A stretch of DNA of 64,000 nt from an uncultured Bacilli bacterium (GCA_934133195.1 CAKPAZ010000005.1:537-64536), one strand, 5' to 3'. Shown: positions 1-10,681, counted from the stretch's first letter. The notes: generated by a model not told the origin, from the sequence alone. Program-made: numbers and translations.

Positions 1-172
1 TAGTGTAGAAGAAATTAAAGAGGCAGTCATATTAAGCCTAAGAGCAAAAAAGACACATCTTAAATATGTTGATGCTATTCTATCAAATCATCATCGAGAA
101 AGAGAAAAAGTAACAGTTGTTGATGAAGAGATGAAACAATTGTTAGATACAGTTTATGTCAAACGAAGATAA
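1..172 (+). CDS. dnaD: 3' end of a DnaD-domain replication initiation protein (partial; the N-terminus lies outside the window)
   Basis: The frame is open from the window edge to TAA at 170-172. The tail ...EEIKEAVILSLRAKKTHLKYVDAILSNHH... resembles the DnaD/DnaB_2 C-terminal domain. Its position directly upstream of nth matches Bacillus. Confidence 0.5.
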   Translation, partial: SVEEIKEAVILSLRAKKTHLKYVDAILSNHHREREKVTVVDEEMKQLLDTVYVKRR

Positions 173-794
173 TGTCTATAAAATATTAGAAATAATTCAT
201 CAGATGTTCCCTAATGCTCATTGTGAATTAAACTATCATAATGTTTATGAACTAACTGTCGCGGTAATGTTGAGTGCACAAACAACGGATAAAGCTGTGA
301 ATGAAGTAACAGTGAATTTATTTAAACATTATCCTACCATTCAATTATTAGCAAATGCGAAAGTAAGCGATGTAGAACAAGACATTAGAAGAATAGGTTT
401 ATATCACAATAAAGCAATTAATATTATAAAAATGGCTCAAGAAGTAGTTGAAAAATATAAAGGAGAAATTCCAAACAACTTTGATGACTTAATCAAACTT
501 CCTGGTATAGGTCAAAAGACTGCCAACGTAATCTTAGTAGAATATTTTAAAATACCACGTTTTCCAGTAGATACTCATGTTGATAGAGTATGTAAGAGAC
601 TTGGCTTTGTTGAAAGTGACAAGAATGTTCGCGATGTAGAAGATAAAATGATGTCCCTTATTAATAAAGAAGATTATCATTTAGCCCATCATTTATTTTT
701 ATTTTTAGGAAGATATCACTGCTTAAGCAGAAATCCTAAATGTGAAAATTGCCCGTTAATACAATATTGTACTTACATGACAAAAAAACCCTAA
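156..794 (+). CDS. nth: Endonuclease III (DNA-(apurinic/apyrimidinic site) lyase)
   Basis: 212 aa. HhH motif LPGIGQKTANVIL, plus C-terminal 4Fe-4S ligands C-x6-C-x2-C-x5-C (CLSRNPKCENCPLIQYC). Confidence 0.93.
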   Translation: MSNEDNVYKILEIIHQMFPNAHCELNYHNVYELTVAVMLSAQTTDKAVNEVTVNLFKHYPTIQLLANAKVSDVEQDIRRIGLYHNKAINIIKMAQEVVEKYKGEIPNNFDDLIKLPGIGQKTANVILVEYFKIPRFPVDTHVDRVCKRLGFVESDKNVRDVEDKMMSLINKEDYHLAHHLFLFLGRYHCLSRNPKCENCPLIQYCTYMTKKP

Positions 795-835
795 TTTTTC
801 ATATTATTTATGATATGATAATTAGGGGTTTTTTT
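788..835 (+). terminator. Putative rho-independent terminator after nth
   Basis: CCCTAAT (789-795) pairs with ATTAGGG (821-827), with inner pairing TCATAT/ATATGA, followed by a T-run at 829-835. The loop is large, so this is only moderately convincing. Confidence 0.45.
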
Positions 836-1015
836 ATGAAAGTTAAATTATTTGATGAATCACATGAACATGATTTAGAAATTGTTGTAAATGAATTTTT
901 AAACGATAATGATATTAAGGTAATCGATATAAAATATCAAGTAGCAACATTATATGATGGTAGAAGTCAAATATATTGTTTCTCTTGTATGATTATTTAC
1001 GAAGATATTGTTTAA
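836..1015 (+). CDS. Cse60/YteV-like small protein (59 aa)
   Basis: ATG at 836 lies 8 nt after AGGGG. MKVKLFDESHEHDLEIVVNEFLNDNDIKVIDIKYQVA...IYCFSCMIIY matches my memory of the about 60-aa Bacillus sporulation-associated Cse60 family. The tracked ORF start at 749 overlaps nth and is rejected. Confidence 0.55.
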   Translation: MKVKLFDESHEHDLEIVVNEFLNDNDIKVIDIKYQVATLYDGRSQIYCFSCMIIYEDIV

Positions 1016-2630
1016 TTAATTCATAATCAGGATCAATATAAATAGTTTTTTGATTAGTATATGTAACATGATATCCTTTAGTACCCGGAATTTTTTTAAT
1101 ATATTGTACTTTTGTATAATCAATTGGAACAGTACTAGACTTAGAATATTTTGAGTAGTATCCAGCAATGCTTGCTGCAAGTCTTATTACTTGTTCACTT
1201 AATACAAATGAAGGATTGTTGTTAGGAACACTTACTACTACATGAGCACCACTTCCATCTTTTACATGGAACCAGTAATCATTGTTTCTCGCAAGTTTAT
1301 TAGTTAAGTAATCATTTTGAATATTGTTCTTACCAACATAGATTGTAACATCTTCAAAATTAAAGTGTTGAATGGATATTTTATTATTTTTCCTTGAAGA
1401 TATCTTTTTAGCCTTACTCTTGTATTGCTCAGAATTTTTAATTAAATCTAATTTAATTTCATCTAATTCACTTGCGGTCGCAAACTCAAGCATAGATAAA
1501 ATATCATTTAAATATCTAATTTCTTCTTTAGTTTTATTTATCTGATTGTTTACTTCAATTAAAGCGTTACTTGCTTTTTTTCCTTTATTAAAGATTTGCT
1601 TTAGATTTTTAGAAGCATCTAACATAGGATTTAAATCAATAGTAACTTCTTCATTATTATGGATAAAGTCAACAACCGTAATGCTATCCATCCCTTTTTT
1701 AACCATATATAAATTTGCTTGAAGTAAGATTCCTAAATCTTTATATTTTAAGTTTTCTTCAGCTTTATTTAGGTCATCTATTAAATTTGTTAGTTTTGTG
1801 TTTTGATGTGTAATAAGTCTTTTTACCTGTTTGATTAAATCCATGTTTGTATAATTAATAGTTTGTTTACAAACATTATAGAAATGATCAAGCATTTCAG
1901 ACAAAGTATTAAAAGTAATTATTTCATTGTTATTAAAAGATTGAAGAATGAAACAATAAAAATCTTGTTTCTTTTCTTTAGTATATATATTTGGAACTAC
2001 TGGATTACTTAAAAAGTCTTTTACATTTCCTTCATAATAATTAACAATCTCGTTTTGAATTCCTTTAGCAATCCCTTGATAACTAGAAACAGGATAATTA
2101 AATTCACTGTCAAATGGATTTAGTAAATCACTTTGTACGGGAAATACATAAGTTGCTTTAGGAATAATATAGCGATTATTACTTTCAGTTGGAGGAACTC
2201 TACGAATAGAATCAATGATTTTATTATCTTCATTAATTAATATTACATTGCTATTTCTTCCCATAATTTCAACAACTAATCGATAATCGGCATTATCTCC
2301 CATTTCGTTATAAGTATTAATTGTGAAAATAATTAATCTATCATTTTGATATTGTGCAATGTTAGTAATAATTCCTCTTTCAATGTATTTTCTCAAAATC
2401 ATACAAAAGTTTCCAGGAACTTGTGGGTTTTCAAATGATTGTTTAGTAAGATAAATTCTGGATGAGTCAAGAGATGCAGATATCAATAATTGAAATGTCT
2501 GGTTAGAATTTCTAAGCTGTAATAAAATTTCTAATGGATTTGGTTGGTAGATTTTATTAATTTTAGATTTTAAAATTGTATTATTAAATTCATCAACCAA
2601 GTAATGAATAAATATTCCATCCATACTCAT
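993..2630 (-). CDS. rqcH: RqcH / FbpA-family ribosome quality-control protein (NFACT family)
   Basis: N-terminus MSMDGIFIHYLV..., a central coiled-coil, and a C-terminal DUF814/NFACT-R motif DYWFHVKDGSGAHVVV. Start chosen at the ATG 9 nt after AAGGAGG; the tracked TTG at 2639 sits too close to the SD. Confidence 0.85.
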   Translation of the reverse strand: MSMDGIFIHYLVDEFNNTILKSKINKIYQPNPLEILLQLRNSNQTFQLLISASLDSSRIYLTKQSFENPQVPGNFCMILRKYIERGIITNIAQYQNDRLIIFTINTYNEMGDNADYRLVVEIMGRNSNVILINEDNKIIDSIRRVPPTESNNRYIIPKATYVFPVQSDLLNPFDSEFNYPVSSYQGIAKGIQNEIVNYYEGNVKDFLSNPVVPNIYTKEKKQDFYCFILQSFNNNEIITFNTLSEMLDHFYNVCKQTINYTNMDLIKQVKRLITHQNTKLTNLIDDLNKAEENLKYKDLGILLQANLYMVKKGMDSITVVDFIHNNEEVTIDLNPMLDASKNLKQIFNKGKKASNALIEVNNQINKTKEEIRYLNDILSMLEFATASELDEIKLDLIKNSEQYKSKAKKISSRKNNKISIQHFNFEDVTIYVGKNNIQNDYLTNKLARNNDYWFHVKDGSGAHVVVSVPNNNPSFVLSEQVIRLAASIAGYYSKYSKSSTVPIDYTKVQYIKKIPGTKGYHVTYTNQKTIYIDPDYELIKQYLRK

Positions 2631-2701
2631 TTTCATCAACCTCCTTAGTAATATTATTATACACCATTTCTAGTAAAAATTAATAAAATAGAATAAAAAA
2701 G

Positions 2702-2730
2702 TTGAATTAATAACTAAATAGTGATAAAAT
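2702..2730 (+). promoter_or_regulatory. Sigma-A type promoter for gmk-rpoZ
   Basis: TTGAAT (2702-2707), 17-nt spacer, TAAAAT (2725-2730), about 30 nt upstream of the gmk start. Confidence 0.5.
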
Positions 2731-2759
2731 ATATAAAATGTGTTATTTGAGAGGTCCAT

Positions 2760-3392
2760 ATGAAACTTGACAAAAAGGGATTATTAATTGTTATTTCTGG
2801 CCCATCAGGTGTAGGAAAAGGCACCGTAAGAAAAGCTCTATTTGAAAGAGAAGGCCAAGATTTAGTATATTCCATATCTATGACTACGCGTACTCCAAGA
2901 AATGGTGAACAAGATGGTATTGATTATTATTTTGTATCACATGATGAATTTGAACACCAAATAGAAAAAGGAAATTTATTAGAATACGCTAAGTTTGTTG
3001 GCAACTACTATGGTACTCCATATGATAAAGTAGAAGAACAATTAAATCAAGGACATGAGGTTGTACTTGAAATTGATGTTCAAGGGGCAATGCAAGTAAA
3101 AGCCAAAAAACCAGAAGCGGTATTTATATTTATTGCTCCACCATCATTTAAAGCATTAGAAGATCGCTTAAGACGAAGAGGAACAGAAACAGAAGAAGTT
3201 ATTAAAGAACGTCTAATGAAAGCAGAAAGAGAAATCAACCAAGCTGCTGCATATGATTATATTGTTGTAAATGATGATGTTAATAATGCTGCTGATAGAG
3301 TTATGGCCATTATAAGAGCTGAACATGCTCGTTGTAGTCGTAGCCTAGAAGAATACTATAGATTAATGAAAGGAAATGAACGATATGAATAA
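2760..3392 (+). CDS. gmk: Guanylate kinase
   Basis: 210 aa. P-loop GPSGVGKGT and a typical Gmk core (TTRTPRNGEQDGIDYYFVS). Confidence 0.95.
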   Translation: MKLDKKGLLIVISGPSGVGKGTVRKALFEREGQDLVYSISMTTRTPRNGEQDGIDYYFVSHDEFEHQIEKGNLLEYAKFVGNYYGTPYDKVEEQLNQGHEVVLEIDVQGAMQVKAKKPEAVFIFIAPPSFKALEDRLRRRGTETEEVIKERLMKAEREINQAAAYDYIVVNDDVNNAADRVMAIIRAEHARCSRSLEEYYRLMKGNERYE

Positions 3393-3606
3393 TGTAAAAA
3401 TGAAAGAAAATGAAGGAATGAGATATCCATCAATTGACCAATTAACTCATAAATCAAATTCAAAATATAAATTAGTTATTGCTGTAGCAAAGCGAGCAGA
3501 AGAAATTGATGAAACTGGTAAATGTTATTTACCTCAAACAGTTAATGTAAAAAGCATAGGTATTGCTTTAGAAGAAATTGTTCAAGACAAAATAATTATT
3601 GAATAG
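3385..3606 (+). CDS. rpoZ: DNA-directed RNA polymerase subunit omega
   Basis: MRYPSIDQL...SKYKLVIAVAKRAEEI is a typical RpoZ core, and the gene follows gmk as in Bacillus. The start is uncertain (ATGs at 3376, 3385, 3399, 3418). 3385 has the best spacing to AAAGGAA. Confidence 0.85.
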   Translation: MNNVKMKENEGMRYPSIDQLTHKSNSKYKLVIAVAKRAEEIDETGKCYLPQTVNVKSIGIALEEIVQDKIIIE

Positions 3607-3613
3607 GTGAAAT

Positions 3614-5116
3614 ATGGATAAGTTAATCAACCAATATTTAAAATTAAGAAAACAGCTTATCGCAATGAATTTTATTAATTATTTAATAAGTTGGGATAGT
3701 GAAACCGAGGCTCCTGTTGGTTGTTTTGAACTTAGATCTGAACAAGTAAGTACGTTATCAGAAATATCATACAAACTACTTATGAGTAAAAAAAGCAAAA
3801 AACTAATAGCTGACCTTTATGAAAATAGAGATCAGCTTTCTTTAATTTTAAAGAAAGAAATCACAGATCTATACAAAACACTAAGAAAAAAAGAACTAGT
3901 CCCTAAAAAAGAAATCATAGCTTATGAAACACTTTTATCAAAAGCATCAATCATCTGGACTAAAGCTAAATTAGAAAATAACTATGAATTATTTAAACCA
4001 ACATTACAAAAAATAATTGAGTATAATAAGAAATATGTTAAGTATGTCGAAACTGAAGATCTAAAAGGATATGATGTTTTACTTGATGAATATGAAGAAG
4101 GTTCAAATACTAAGTTTTATGATGAATTTTTTGCTTTATTAAAACAAGAAATTGTTCCTCTTGTAAAGAAAATAAATACTGTTAAATTTCAATATAATGA
4201 ATCATTTTTAAAGAACAAATATGATGTAACTAAACAAAGAATTTTTGCAGAATATTTAATGGATGTAATGAACTTTGATAAAACTAAAGGTTTAATGAAA
4301 GAAAGTGAGCATCCATTTACATCTGGTTTTGGTACAACTGATGTTAGAATTACTAATCATTATTATGAAGATTTATTAACATCAAGTATATTCTCAGTTA
4401 TTCATGAAACAGGTCATGGTTTGTATGAACAAAATTGCAACCCTGAACTTGATAAAACATTGTTTGGCGGTGGTGCCTCAATGGCTATGCATGAATCACA
4501 ATCACGCTTTTATGAAAATATTATTGGAAGAAAATATTCGTTTTGGGAAACCCATTATCCGGTACTACAAGAACTTTTTAAAGAAGAATTAAAAGATACA
4601 ACTTTAGATGATTTCTACCATAATGTAAACAAAGTAGAGTGCTCACTAATTAGAACAGAAGCTGATGAATTAACATATTCACTTCATATAATGATTAGAT
4701 ATGAACTAGAAAAAGGACTAATTAATGGAACTATTTCAGTAGATGAATTGCCACAAAAATGGAATGAAATGTATGAAGAATACTTAGGAATTACTCCTCC
4801 AAATGACAGCCTTGGAGTATTACAAGACATTCATTGGGCAGGCGGATCATTCGGCTATTTCCCTACATATGCATTAGGTAGTGCTTATGCAGCACAGCTA
4901 TATAATACAATGAAAAAAGAAATTAATGTTGATGAGATTATCAAGAGTAAAAACTTAAAAGAAATTAATGAATGGTTGAAAACTCACGTTCATTATTATG
5001 GAAAAACACTAACTCCTAAGGAAATAATCGTTAAATCAACAAAAGAAGAATTTAATCCAAAATACTATATTGAGTACTTAAAAGAAAAATATACGCGCAT
5101 TTATAATTTGGATTAA
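3614..5116 (+). CDS. Carboxypeptidase Taq-type metallopeptidase (M32 family)
   Basis: 500 aa. Motifs HPF (SEHPFTSGFG), HETGH, HESQSR, IRTEADELTY and GVLQDIHWAGG. Confidence 0.9.
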   Translation: MDKLINQYLKLRKQLIAMNFINYLISWDSETEAPVGCFELRSEQVSTLSEISYKLLMSKKSKKLIADLYENRDQLSLILKKEITDLYKTLRKKELVPKKEIIAYETLLSKASIIWTKAKLENNYELFKPTLQKIIEYNKKYVKYVETEDLKGYDVLLDEYEEGSNTKFYDEFFALLKQEIVPLVKKINTVKFQYNESFLKNKYDVTKQRIFAEYLMDVMNFDKTKGLMKESEHPFTSGFGTTDVRITNHYYEDLLTSSIFSVIHETGHGLYEQNCNPELDKTLFGGGASMAMHESQSRFYENIIGRKYSFWETHYPVLQELFKEELKDTTLDDFYHNVNKVECSLIRTEADELTYSLHIMIRYELEKGLINGTISVDELPQKWNEMYEEYLGITPPNDSLGVLQDIHWAGGSFGYFPTYALGSAYAAQLYNTMKKEINVDEIIKSKNLKEINEWLKTHVHYYGKTLTPKEIIVKSTKEEFNPKYYIEYLKEKYTRIYNLD

Positions 5117-5228
5117 GTATAAAATTATTATGTTTGAACATAATATAAATGCCACATCTTAATTCTTCTCTTTCTTCTTTCCCTTTACATTACCTATACC
5201 TAAGATGTGGTATGAAAAGTAACAACCT

Positions 5229-5274
5229 AAGATTTATAGAATTATATCTTTTGAAATTCTATAAATCTTTTCTT
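5229..5274 (+). terminator. Rho-independent terminator (perfect 15-bp stem)
   Basis: AAGATTTATAGAATT (5229-5243) pairs with AATTCTATAAATCTT (5255-5269), 11-nt loop, then TTCTT. Confidence 0.7.
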
Positions 5275-5299
5275 ATATCTACTAGAAGAAAGGAAAAAC

Positions 5300-6154
5300 A
5301 TGAAAAGATTACTAACTATTCTATTAACTTTTTTTTCGTTAACGTTGATATCATGTAAAAACAATTTTAAACAAGAAACTTTAACTAAAGGAAATAATGA
5401 AGAAGTAGATGTCTACTTGTTATTAGGACAGTCAAATGCAAGCGGCTATACAAAATCTTCATATCTAAAAGAAAAATCATTAGATACCTACACTCTCGCA
5501 AGCAAAGGCTTTTCTAATGTCTACATTAATTCATGCGTTGAGGGAAGATTAAATACTAAAGGTTTTGTTAATGTTACACTGGGACAAGGAACTAACAAAA
5601 AATGCTTTGGGCCAGAAGTTGGCATAAGTATGGTTTTACAAGAAACATCAAAAAAGAGTATGATTATAAAATATTCATATGGAGGAACTAACCTTTATCA
5701 TGATTGGAACATTAATGAAGATGATAATTTATTTTCTAAAATGATTTCATTTGTTAATGAATCATTAAACCATTTAAAGAAGAAAGGCTACTCTCCTAAA
5801 GTTGTAAGTGCTTTTTTTATGCAAGGTGAATCGGATGCTTTTGATCATGCTTCTGAATATGAGAATCATTTAACGCTGCTAATTGAAAATATTAGAAAAG
5901 AATATGGTGATATTTTCTTTGTTGATGCTTTGATCAGTGACAGCTCTGTTTGGAAAAATTATAAAATAATTAATGAGGCTAAAAAGAAAGTTGCTTTGCA
6001 ATCAGATAAAAACTTATTAGTTGATACTCTTTCACATCAATTGTCATATCAAACAGAACCAACCGATAAAGTTGATTTATGTCATTATGATTCACTTGGA
6101 ATGGTTGAGCTAGGAAAGTTATTTATTAATACATATTTAGAAACTCAAAGATAA
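5300..6154 (+). CDS. Lipoprotein, SASA/DUF303-type sialate O-acetylesterase-like SGNH esterase
   Basis: Signal peptide with lipobox LISC. Motifs GQSNASG (GQSN nucleophile block), QGESDA, and D..H near the C-terminus (DLCHYD). Confidence 0.7.
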   Translation: MKRLLTILLTFFSLTLISCKNNFKQETLTKGNNEEVDVYLLLGQSNASGYTKSSYLKEKSLDTYTLASKGFSNVYINSCVEGRLNTKGFVNVTLGQGTNKKCFGPEVGISMVLQETSKKSMIIKYSYGGTNLYHDWNINEDDNLFSKMISFVNESLNHLKKKGYSPKVVSAFFMQGESDAFDHASEYENHLTLLIENIRKEYGDIFFVDALISDSSVWKNYKIINEAKKKVALQSDKNLLVDTLSHQLSYQTEPTDKVDLCHYDSLGMVELGKLFINTYLETQR

Positions 6155-6239
6155 GGCGTATGCTTTATCTTTTTTGGTATATAATAACAATTGGATAGCA
6201 AAAAATAGTAAAAATATATAACTAAACAAAGCATTAATT

Positions 6240-6268
6240 TTGACAAAACAAGGCTAAAAGAGTATAAT
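6240..6268 (+). promoter_or_regulatory. Consensus sigma-A promoter of the str operon
   Basis: TTGACA (6240-6245), 17-nt spacer, TATAAT (6263-6268). This leaves a leader of about 110 nt before rpsL. Confidence 0.75.
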
Positions 6269-6384
6269 ATACGAGGTTAAGTTTTGACAATAGTCAAGAC
6301 TAAATTTTATGCAGAATTGAACCGCATGGAACTGTGGTAATAACTGAAGTTTGCATAATGAATTTAAAGGAAAGGAGAACTATT

Positions 6385-6801
6385 ATGCCTACAATTAATC
6401 AATTAGTTCGTACTGCTCGTGAAGACAAAGTTAGAAAGTCTAAATCACCACATTTAGGAATTGGTTACAATAGTTTAAAGAAAGTTGAAACTAAAGTATA
6501 CAGTCCTCAAAAGAAAGGTGTTTGTACACGTGTTACTACTATGACACCTAAAAAACCAAACTCTGCTATTCGTAAGATGGCCCGTGTTCGTTTAAGCAAT
6601 GGTATCGAAGTAACAGCATACATTCCAGGTGTTGGACACAAATTACAAGAACATAGCGTTGTTTTAATCCGTGGTGGACGTATTAAAGACTTACCAGGTG
6701 TTCGTTACCATATCATTAGAGGTACTATGGATACTACTGGTGTTGAAAATCGTAAACAAGCTCGTTCAAAATATGGCGCAAAACGCCCTAAAACTAAATA
6801 A
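6385..6801 (+). CDS. rpsL: 30S ribosomal protein S12
   Basis: MPTINQLVR... with a canonical S12 sequence. ATG at 6385 is preceded by AAAGGAG. The tracked start at 6334 is an upstream extension. Confidence 0.97.
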   Translation: MPTINQLVRTAREDKVRKSKSPHLGIGYNSLKKVETKVYSPQKKGVCTRVTTMTPKKPNSAIRKMARVRLSNGIEVTAYIPGVGHKLQEHSVVLIRGGRIKDLPGVRYHIIRGTMDTTGVENRKQARSKYGAKRPKTK

Positions 6802-6846
6802 GGTATGTATTTAAAATATTGATAGAATAGGAAAGGAGGAAATATC

Positions 6847-7317
6847 ATGCCTCGTAAAGGACAGGTTCCAAAACGTAAAGTATTACCAGATCCAATTTAT
6901 AATTCAGTGCTAGTAACAAGACTTGTAAATAGCATTATGTTGGATGGTAAAAAAGGTGTTGCTCAAGAAATTATCTATGGTGCATTTGAAAGAGTTGCAA
7001 AAGTAACTGGTCGTGACCCACTAGAAGTATATCAAGAAGCACTAAATAATATTATGCCACAATTAGAAGTTCGTTCTCGCCGTGTTGGTGGAGCTAACTA
7101 CCAAGTACCAGTTGAAGTTAGAGAAGAAAGAAGATATACTCTAGGTTTAAGATGGTTAACAAATTATGCGCGTCTTCGTAATGAAAAAACTATGGAAGAA
7201 CGTCTTGCAAAAGAAATCATGGATGCTGCAAATGGAGTTGGTGCATCAGTTAAGAAACGTGAAGATACTCACCGTATGGCTGAAGCTAATAAAGCATTTG
7301 CTCACTACCAATGGTAA
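6847..7317 (+). CDS. rpsG: 30S ribosomal protein S7
   Basis: 156 aa, [20 protein letters not shown]..., canonical S7. Confidence 0.97.
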   Translation: MPRKGQVPKRKVLPDPIYNSVLVTRLVNSIMLDGKKGVAQEIIYGAFERVAKVTGRDPLEVYQEALNNIMPQLEVRSRRVGGANYQVPVEVREERRYTLGLRWLTNYARLRNEKTMEERLAKEIMDAANGVGASVKKREDTHRMAEANKAFAHYQW

Positions 7318-7335
7318 TTTTTAGGAGAAATTAAA

Positions 7336-9405
7336 ATGGCTCGCGAAATATCATTACAAAATACCCGTAATATCGGAATCATGGCTCACATAGATGCTGG
7401 TAAAACAACATTTACTGAGAGAGTTTTATATCATACTGGCAAAATCCACAAAATAGGTGAAACACATGATGGTGCTGCAACTATGGACTGGATGGAACAA
7501 GAACAAGAAAGAGGAATAACAATTACATCAGCGGCAACTACAGCTTATTGGCATGGTCACCGTATTAATATCATTGACACCCCAGGGCATGTTGACTTTA
7601 CCGTTGAGGTAAGTAGATCATTAAGGGTTCTCGATGGAGCGGTAACAGTTTTAGATGCACAAGCGGGCGTAGAGCCTCAAACAGAAACAGTTTGGCGTCA
7701 AGCAACTGATTATATGGTACCACGTCTTGTATTTGTTAACAAGATGGATAAAACTGGTGCAGACTTTAAATTTAGTTGTGAATCATTAGAAAAACGCTTA
7801 GGTGCTAATGCTCATGCTATTCAACTTCCAATCGGAGCTGAAAGTAATTTTAGAGGTATTATCGACCTAGTAACAATGAAAGCTTTCTTATATGATGAAA
7901 ATCATGTTGATGAAGCTGGACATGAAATTGAAATTCCTGAAGAATTAAAGGAAGATGCTGAATTATATCGTGATGAATTAATTAATGCTGTTGCAGATTT
8001 TGATGAAGATTTGATGATGGCTTATCTTGATAATGAAGAAATCACAGTTGAAATGTTGAAAAAAGCAATTCGTACTGCGACACTATCTGTTCAATTCTTC
8101 CCAGTTTTATGTGGAACTGCATTTAAAAATAAAGGCGTTAAAAAAGTCTTAGATGCTGTAATCGATTATTTACCAGGACCTACAGATGTAGCCGCTATTA
8201 AAGGCCACGATCTTGATGGTAATGAAGTAATCGTTGATGCATCTGATGATGAACCATTTGCTGCATTAGCATTTAAAGTAATGACTGACCCATATGTAGG
8301 TAAGTTAACATTCTTTAGAGTTTATCGTGGTAAACTAGAATCAGGCTCTTATATATATAACGCAACAAAAGGCAAAAAAGAAAGAGTCGGTCGTATTCTT
8401 CTTATGCACGCTAATAATCGTACAGAAATTAAAGAAGTTTATGCCGGTGATATAGCAGCTGCTGTAGGTCTAAAAGACACAGTAACTGGAGATACAATGT
8501 GTGATGAAAAATTCCCTGTAATTCTTGAATCAATGGTTTTCCCAGAACCAGTTATCCACGTTGCCATTGAACCAAAAACAAAAGGTGACCAAGATAAAAT
8601 GGGTGTTGCATTATTAAAACTTGCAGAAGAAGACCCAACTTTCAGAACATACACTGATCATGAAACTGGTCAAACAATTATTGCAGGTATGGGTGAATTA
8701 CATCTAGACATTATCGTTGACCGTATGCGTCGTGAATTCAAAGTTGAATGTAACGTAGGTCAACCACAAGTTTCATATCGTGAAACTATTAAAAAATTCG
8801 GTAAAGTTCAAGGCAAGTTCGTACGTCAATCAGGTGGTCGTGGACAATATGGTGATTGCGTAGTTGAATTTGAACCTAACCCAGGTAAAGGCTTTGAATT
8901 TATTGATAAAACTGTTGGCGGTGTTGTTCCAAAAGAATATATTCCATCAATCCAAAAAGGTATTGAAGGAGCACTTGCTAATGGTAACTTAGCTGGATAT
9001 CCAACAATTGATATCAAAGCTACATTAGTATTTGGTTCTTACCATGATGTCGACTCAAGCCAAATCGCCTTCGAAGTAGCAGGTGGTCTTGCATTTAAAG
9101 AATCTGCAAAAGTGTGTCAACCAGTATTACTTGAACCAATTATGTTGGTTGAAGTAGTAGTTCCTGATGAATATGTCGGAACTGTAATTGGTGATTTAAG
9201 CACAAGACGTGGTCGTATCGATGGCCAAGAAGCACGTGGTAAAACACAATCAGTTAGAGCGTTTGTTCCACTAGCACAAATGTTTGGATATGCTACAGCA
9301 TTACGTTCTAACACGCAAGGTAGAGGTAATTATACAATGCAATTTGATCATTATGAAGAATGTCCTAAGAACATTGCTGAAGAGATCATTAAGAAGCGCG
9401 CGTAA
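7336..9405 (+). CDS. fusA: Elongation factor G
   Basis: 689 aa. G-domain motifs [14 protein letters not shown] and NKMD. Confidence 0.98.
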   Translation: MAREISLQNTRNIGIMAHIDAGKTTFTERVLYHTGKIHKIGETHDGAATMDWMEQEQERGITITSAATTAYWHGHRINIIDTPGHVDFTVEVSRSLRVLDGAVTVLDAQAGVEPQTETVWRQATDYMVPRLVFVNKMDKTGADFKFSCESLEKRLGANAHAIQLPIGAESNFRGIIDLVTMKAFLYDENHVDEAGHEIEIPEELKEDAELYRDELINAVADFDEDLMMAYLDNEEITVEMLKKAIRTATLSVQFFPVLCGTAFKNKGVKKVLDAVIDYLPGPTDVAAIKGHDLDGNEVIVDASDDEPFAALAFKVMTDPYVGKLTFFRVYRGKLESGSYIYNATKGKKERVGRILLMHANNRTEIKEVYAGDIAAAVGLKDTVTGDTMCDEKFPVILESMVFPEPVIHVAIEPKTKGDQDKMGVALLKLAEEDPTFRTYTDHETGQTIIAGMGELHLDIIVDRMRREFKVECNVGQPQVSYRETIKKFGKVQGKFVRQSGGRGQYGDCVVEFEPNPGKGFEFIDKTVGGVVPKEYIPSIQKGIEGALANGNLAGYPTIDIKATLVFGSYHDVDSSQIAFEVAGGLAFKESAKVCQPVLLEPIMLVEVVVPDEYVGTVIGDLSTRRGRIDGQEARGKTQSVRAFVPLAQMFGYATALRSNTQGRGNYTMQFDHYEECPKNIAEEIIKKRA

Positions 9406-9420
9406 AAACTAACACTTTAC

Positions 9421-9449
9421 TTGCAAAAAAAACAATTTTAGTATAAAAT
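9421..9449 (+). promoter_or_regulatory. Possible internal promoter for tuf
   Basis: TTGCAA (9421-9426), 17-nt spacer, TAAAAT (9444-9449), within the 80-nt fusA-tuf spacer. Confidence 0.45.
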
Positions 9450-9485
9450 TATATTGGACTTTAAAAAAGGAAAGGAAGAAAAATT

Positions 9486-10670
9486 ATGGCAAAGGAAAAA
9501 TTTGTACGTACTAAACCCCATGTAAACATTGGAACAATCGGACATGTTGACCATGGAAAAACTACTCTTACATCTGCTATTACTTATGTATTATCAGAAA
9601 AGGGTTTATCTAAAAAAATGGACTATGACCAAATCGATGGTGCTCCAGAAGAAAAAGCTCGTGGTATAACGATCAACACATGCCACGTTGAATATGAAAC
9701 TGAAAAACGTCACTATGCACACGTTGACTGCCCAGGACATGCTGACTATGTTAAAAACATGATCACTGGTGCCGCTCAAATGGATGGCGCTATTCTAGTT
9801 ATCGCTGCTACTGATGGACCTATGGCTCAAACTCGTGAACACATCTTACTAAGCCGTCAAGTAGGTGTTCCTAAACTAGTTGTATTCTTAAATAAATGCG
9901 ATATGGTTGAAGACGAAGAATTACTTGAATTAGTTGAAATGGAAGTTCGTGAATTATTAAGCGAATATGGTTACCCTGGTGATGAAACTCCAATCATCCG
10001 TGGTTCTGCATTAAAAGCTCTTGAAGGCGATGCAAAAGCTCAAGAAGCTATTATGGAATTAATGAACATTGTTGATGAATACATCCCTGATCCAGTTCGT
10101 GAAACTGATAAACCATTCTTAATGCCAGTTGAAGACGTATTCTCTATCACTGGTCGTGGAACAGTTGCTACTGGCCGTGTTGAACGTGGTACAGTTAAAG
10201 TTGGTGATACTGTTGAAATCGTTGGTATCAAACCTACTCGTTCTTGCGTTGTAACAGGTGTTGAAATGTTCCGTAAATTACTTGATTATGCTGAAGCAGG
10301 TGACAACATTGGTACATTACTTCGTGGTATTAACCGTGATGAAATCGTACGTGGTCAAGTTCTTGCTAAACCTAAATCAGTTACTCCTCACTCAGAATTC
10401 GATGCACAAGTTTACGTATTAACAAAAGAAGAAGGTGGCCGTCATACAGCATTCTTCTCTAACTATCGTCCTCAATTCTATTTCCGTACAACTGACGTTA
10501 CTGGTGTTATTACATTACCAGAAGGCGTTGAAATGGTTATGCCTGGCGATAATACAGAAATGCATGTATCTCTAATTCACCCAATCGCTGTTGAACAAGG
10601 AACTAAGTTCTCTATTCGTGAAGGTGGCCGTACTGTAGGTGCAGGTTCAGTTTCTAAATTAGACAACTAA
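9486..10670 (+). CDS. tuf: Elongation factor Tu
   Basis: 394 aa. [14 protein letters not shown] and NKCD motifs, canonical EF-Tu. Confidence 0.98.
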   Translation: MAKEKFVRTKPHVNIGTIGHVDHGKTTLTSAITYVLSEKGLSKKMDYDQIDGAPEEKARGITINTCHVEYETEKRHYAHVDCPGHADYVKNMITGAAQMDGAILVIAATDGPMAQTREHILLSRQVGVPKLVVFLNKCDMVEDEELLELVEMEVRELLSEYGYPGDETPIIRGSALKALEGDAKAQEAIMELMNIVDEYIPDPVRETDKPFLMPVEDVFSITGRGTVATGRVERGTVKVGDTVEIVGIKPTRSCVVTGVEMFRKLLDYAEAGDNIGTLLRGINRDEIVRGQVLAKPKSVTPHSEFDAQVYVLTKEEGGRHTAFFSNYRPQFYFRTTDVTGVITLPEGVEMVMPGDNTEMHVSLIHPIAVEQGTKFSIREGGRTVGAGSVSKLDN

Positions 10671-10681
10671 TTTGAAATACT

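Noticed and set aside
749-835. N-terminal extension of the Cse60-like ORF starting at 749.
   Set aside because: It overlaps the nth 3' end and runs through the nth terminator hairpin. ATG at 836 has its own SD and gives the family-typical length of about 60 aa.
5149-5358. 69-aa ORF spanning the intergenic hairpins and the start of the esterase gene.
   Set aside because: It has no RBS, runs through three stable inverted repeats and overlaps the well-supported lipoprotein start at 5300 in another frame.
8439-10231. Antisense ORFs of 63-71 aa inside fusA and tuf (8439-8654, 8826-9017, 9117-9314, 10040-10231).
   Set aside because: They lie wholly within highly conserved, highly expressed genes on the opposite strand, have no RBS, and have S/T/P/G-rich mirror-codon composition. 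These are typical frame artefacts.
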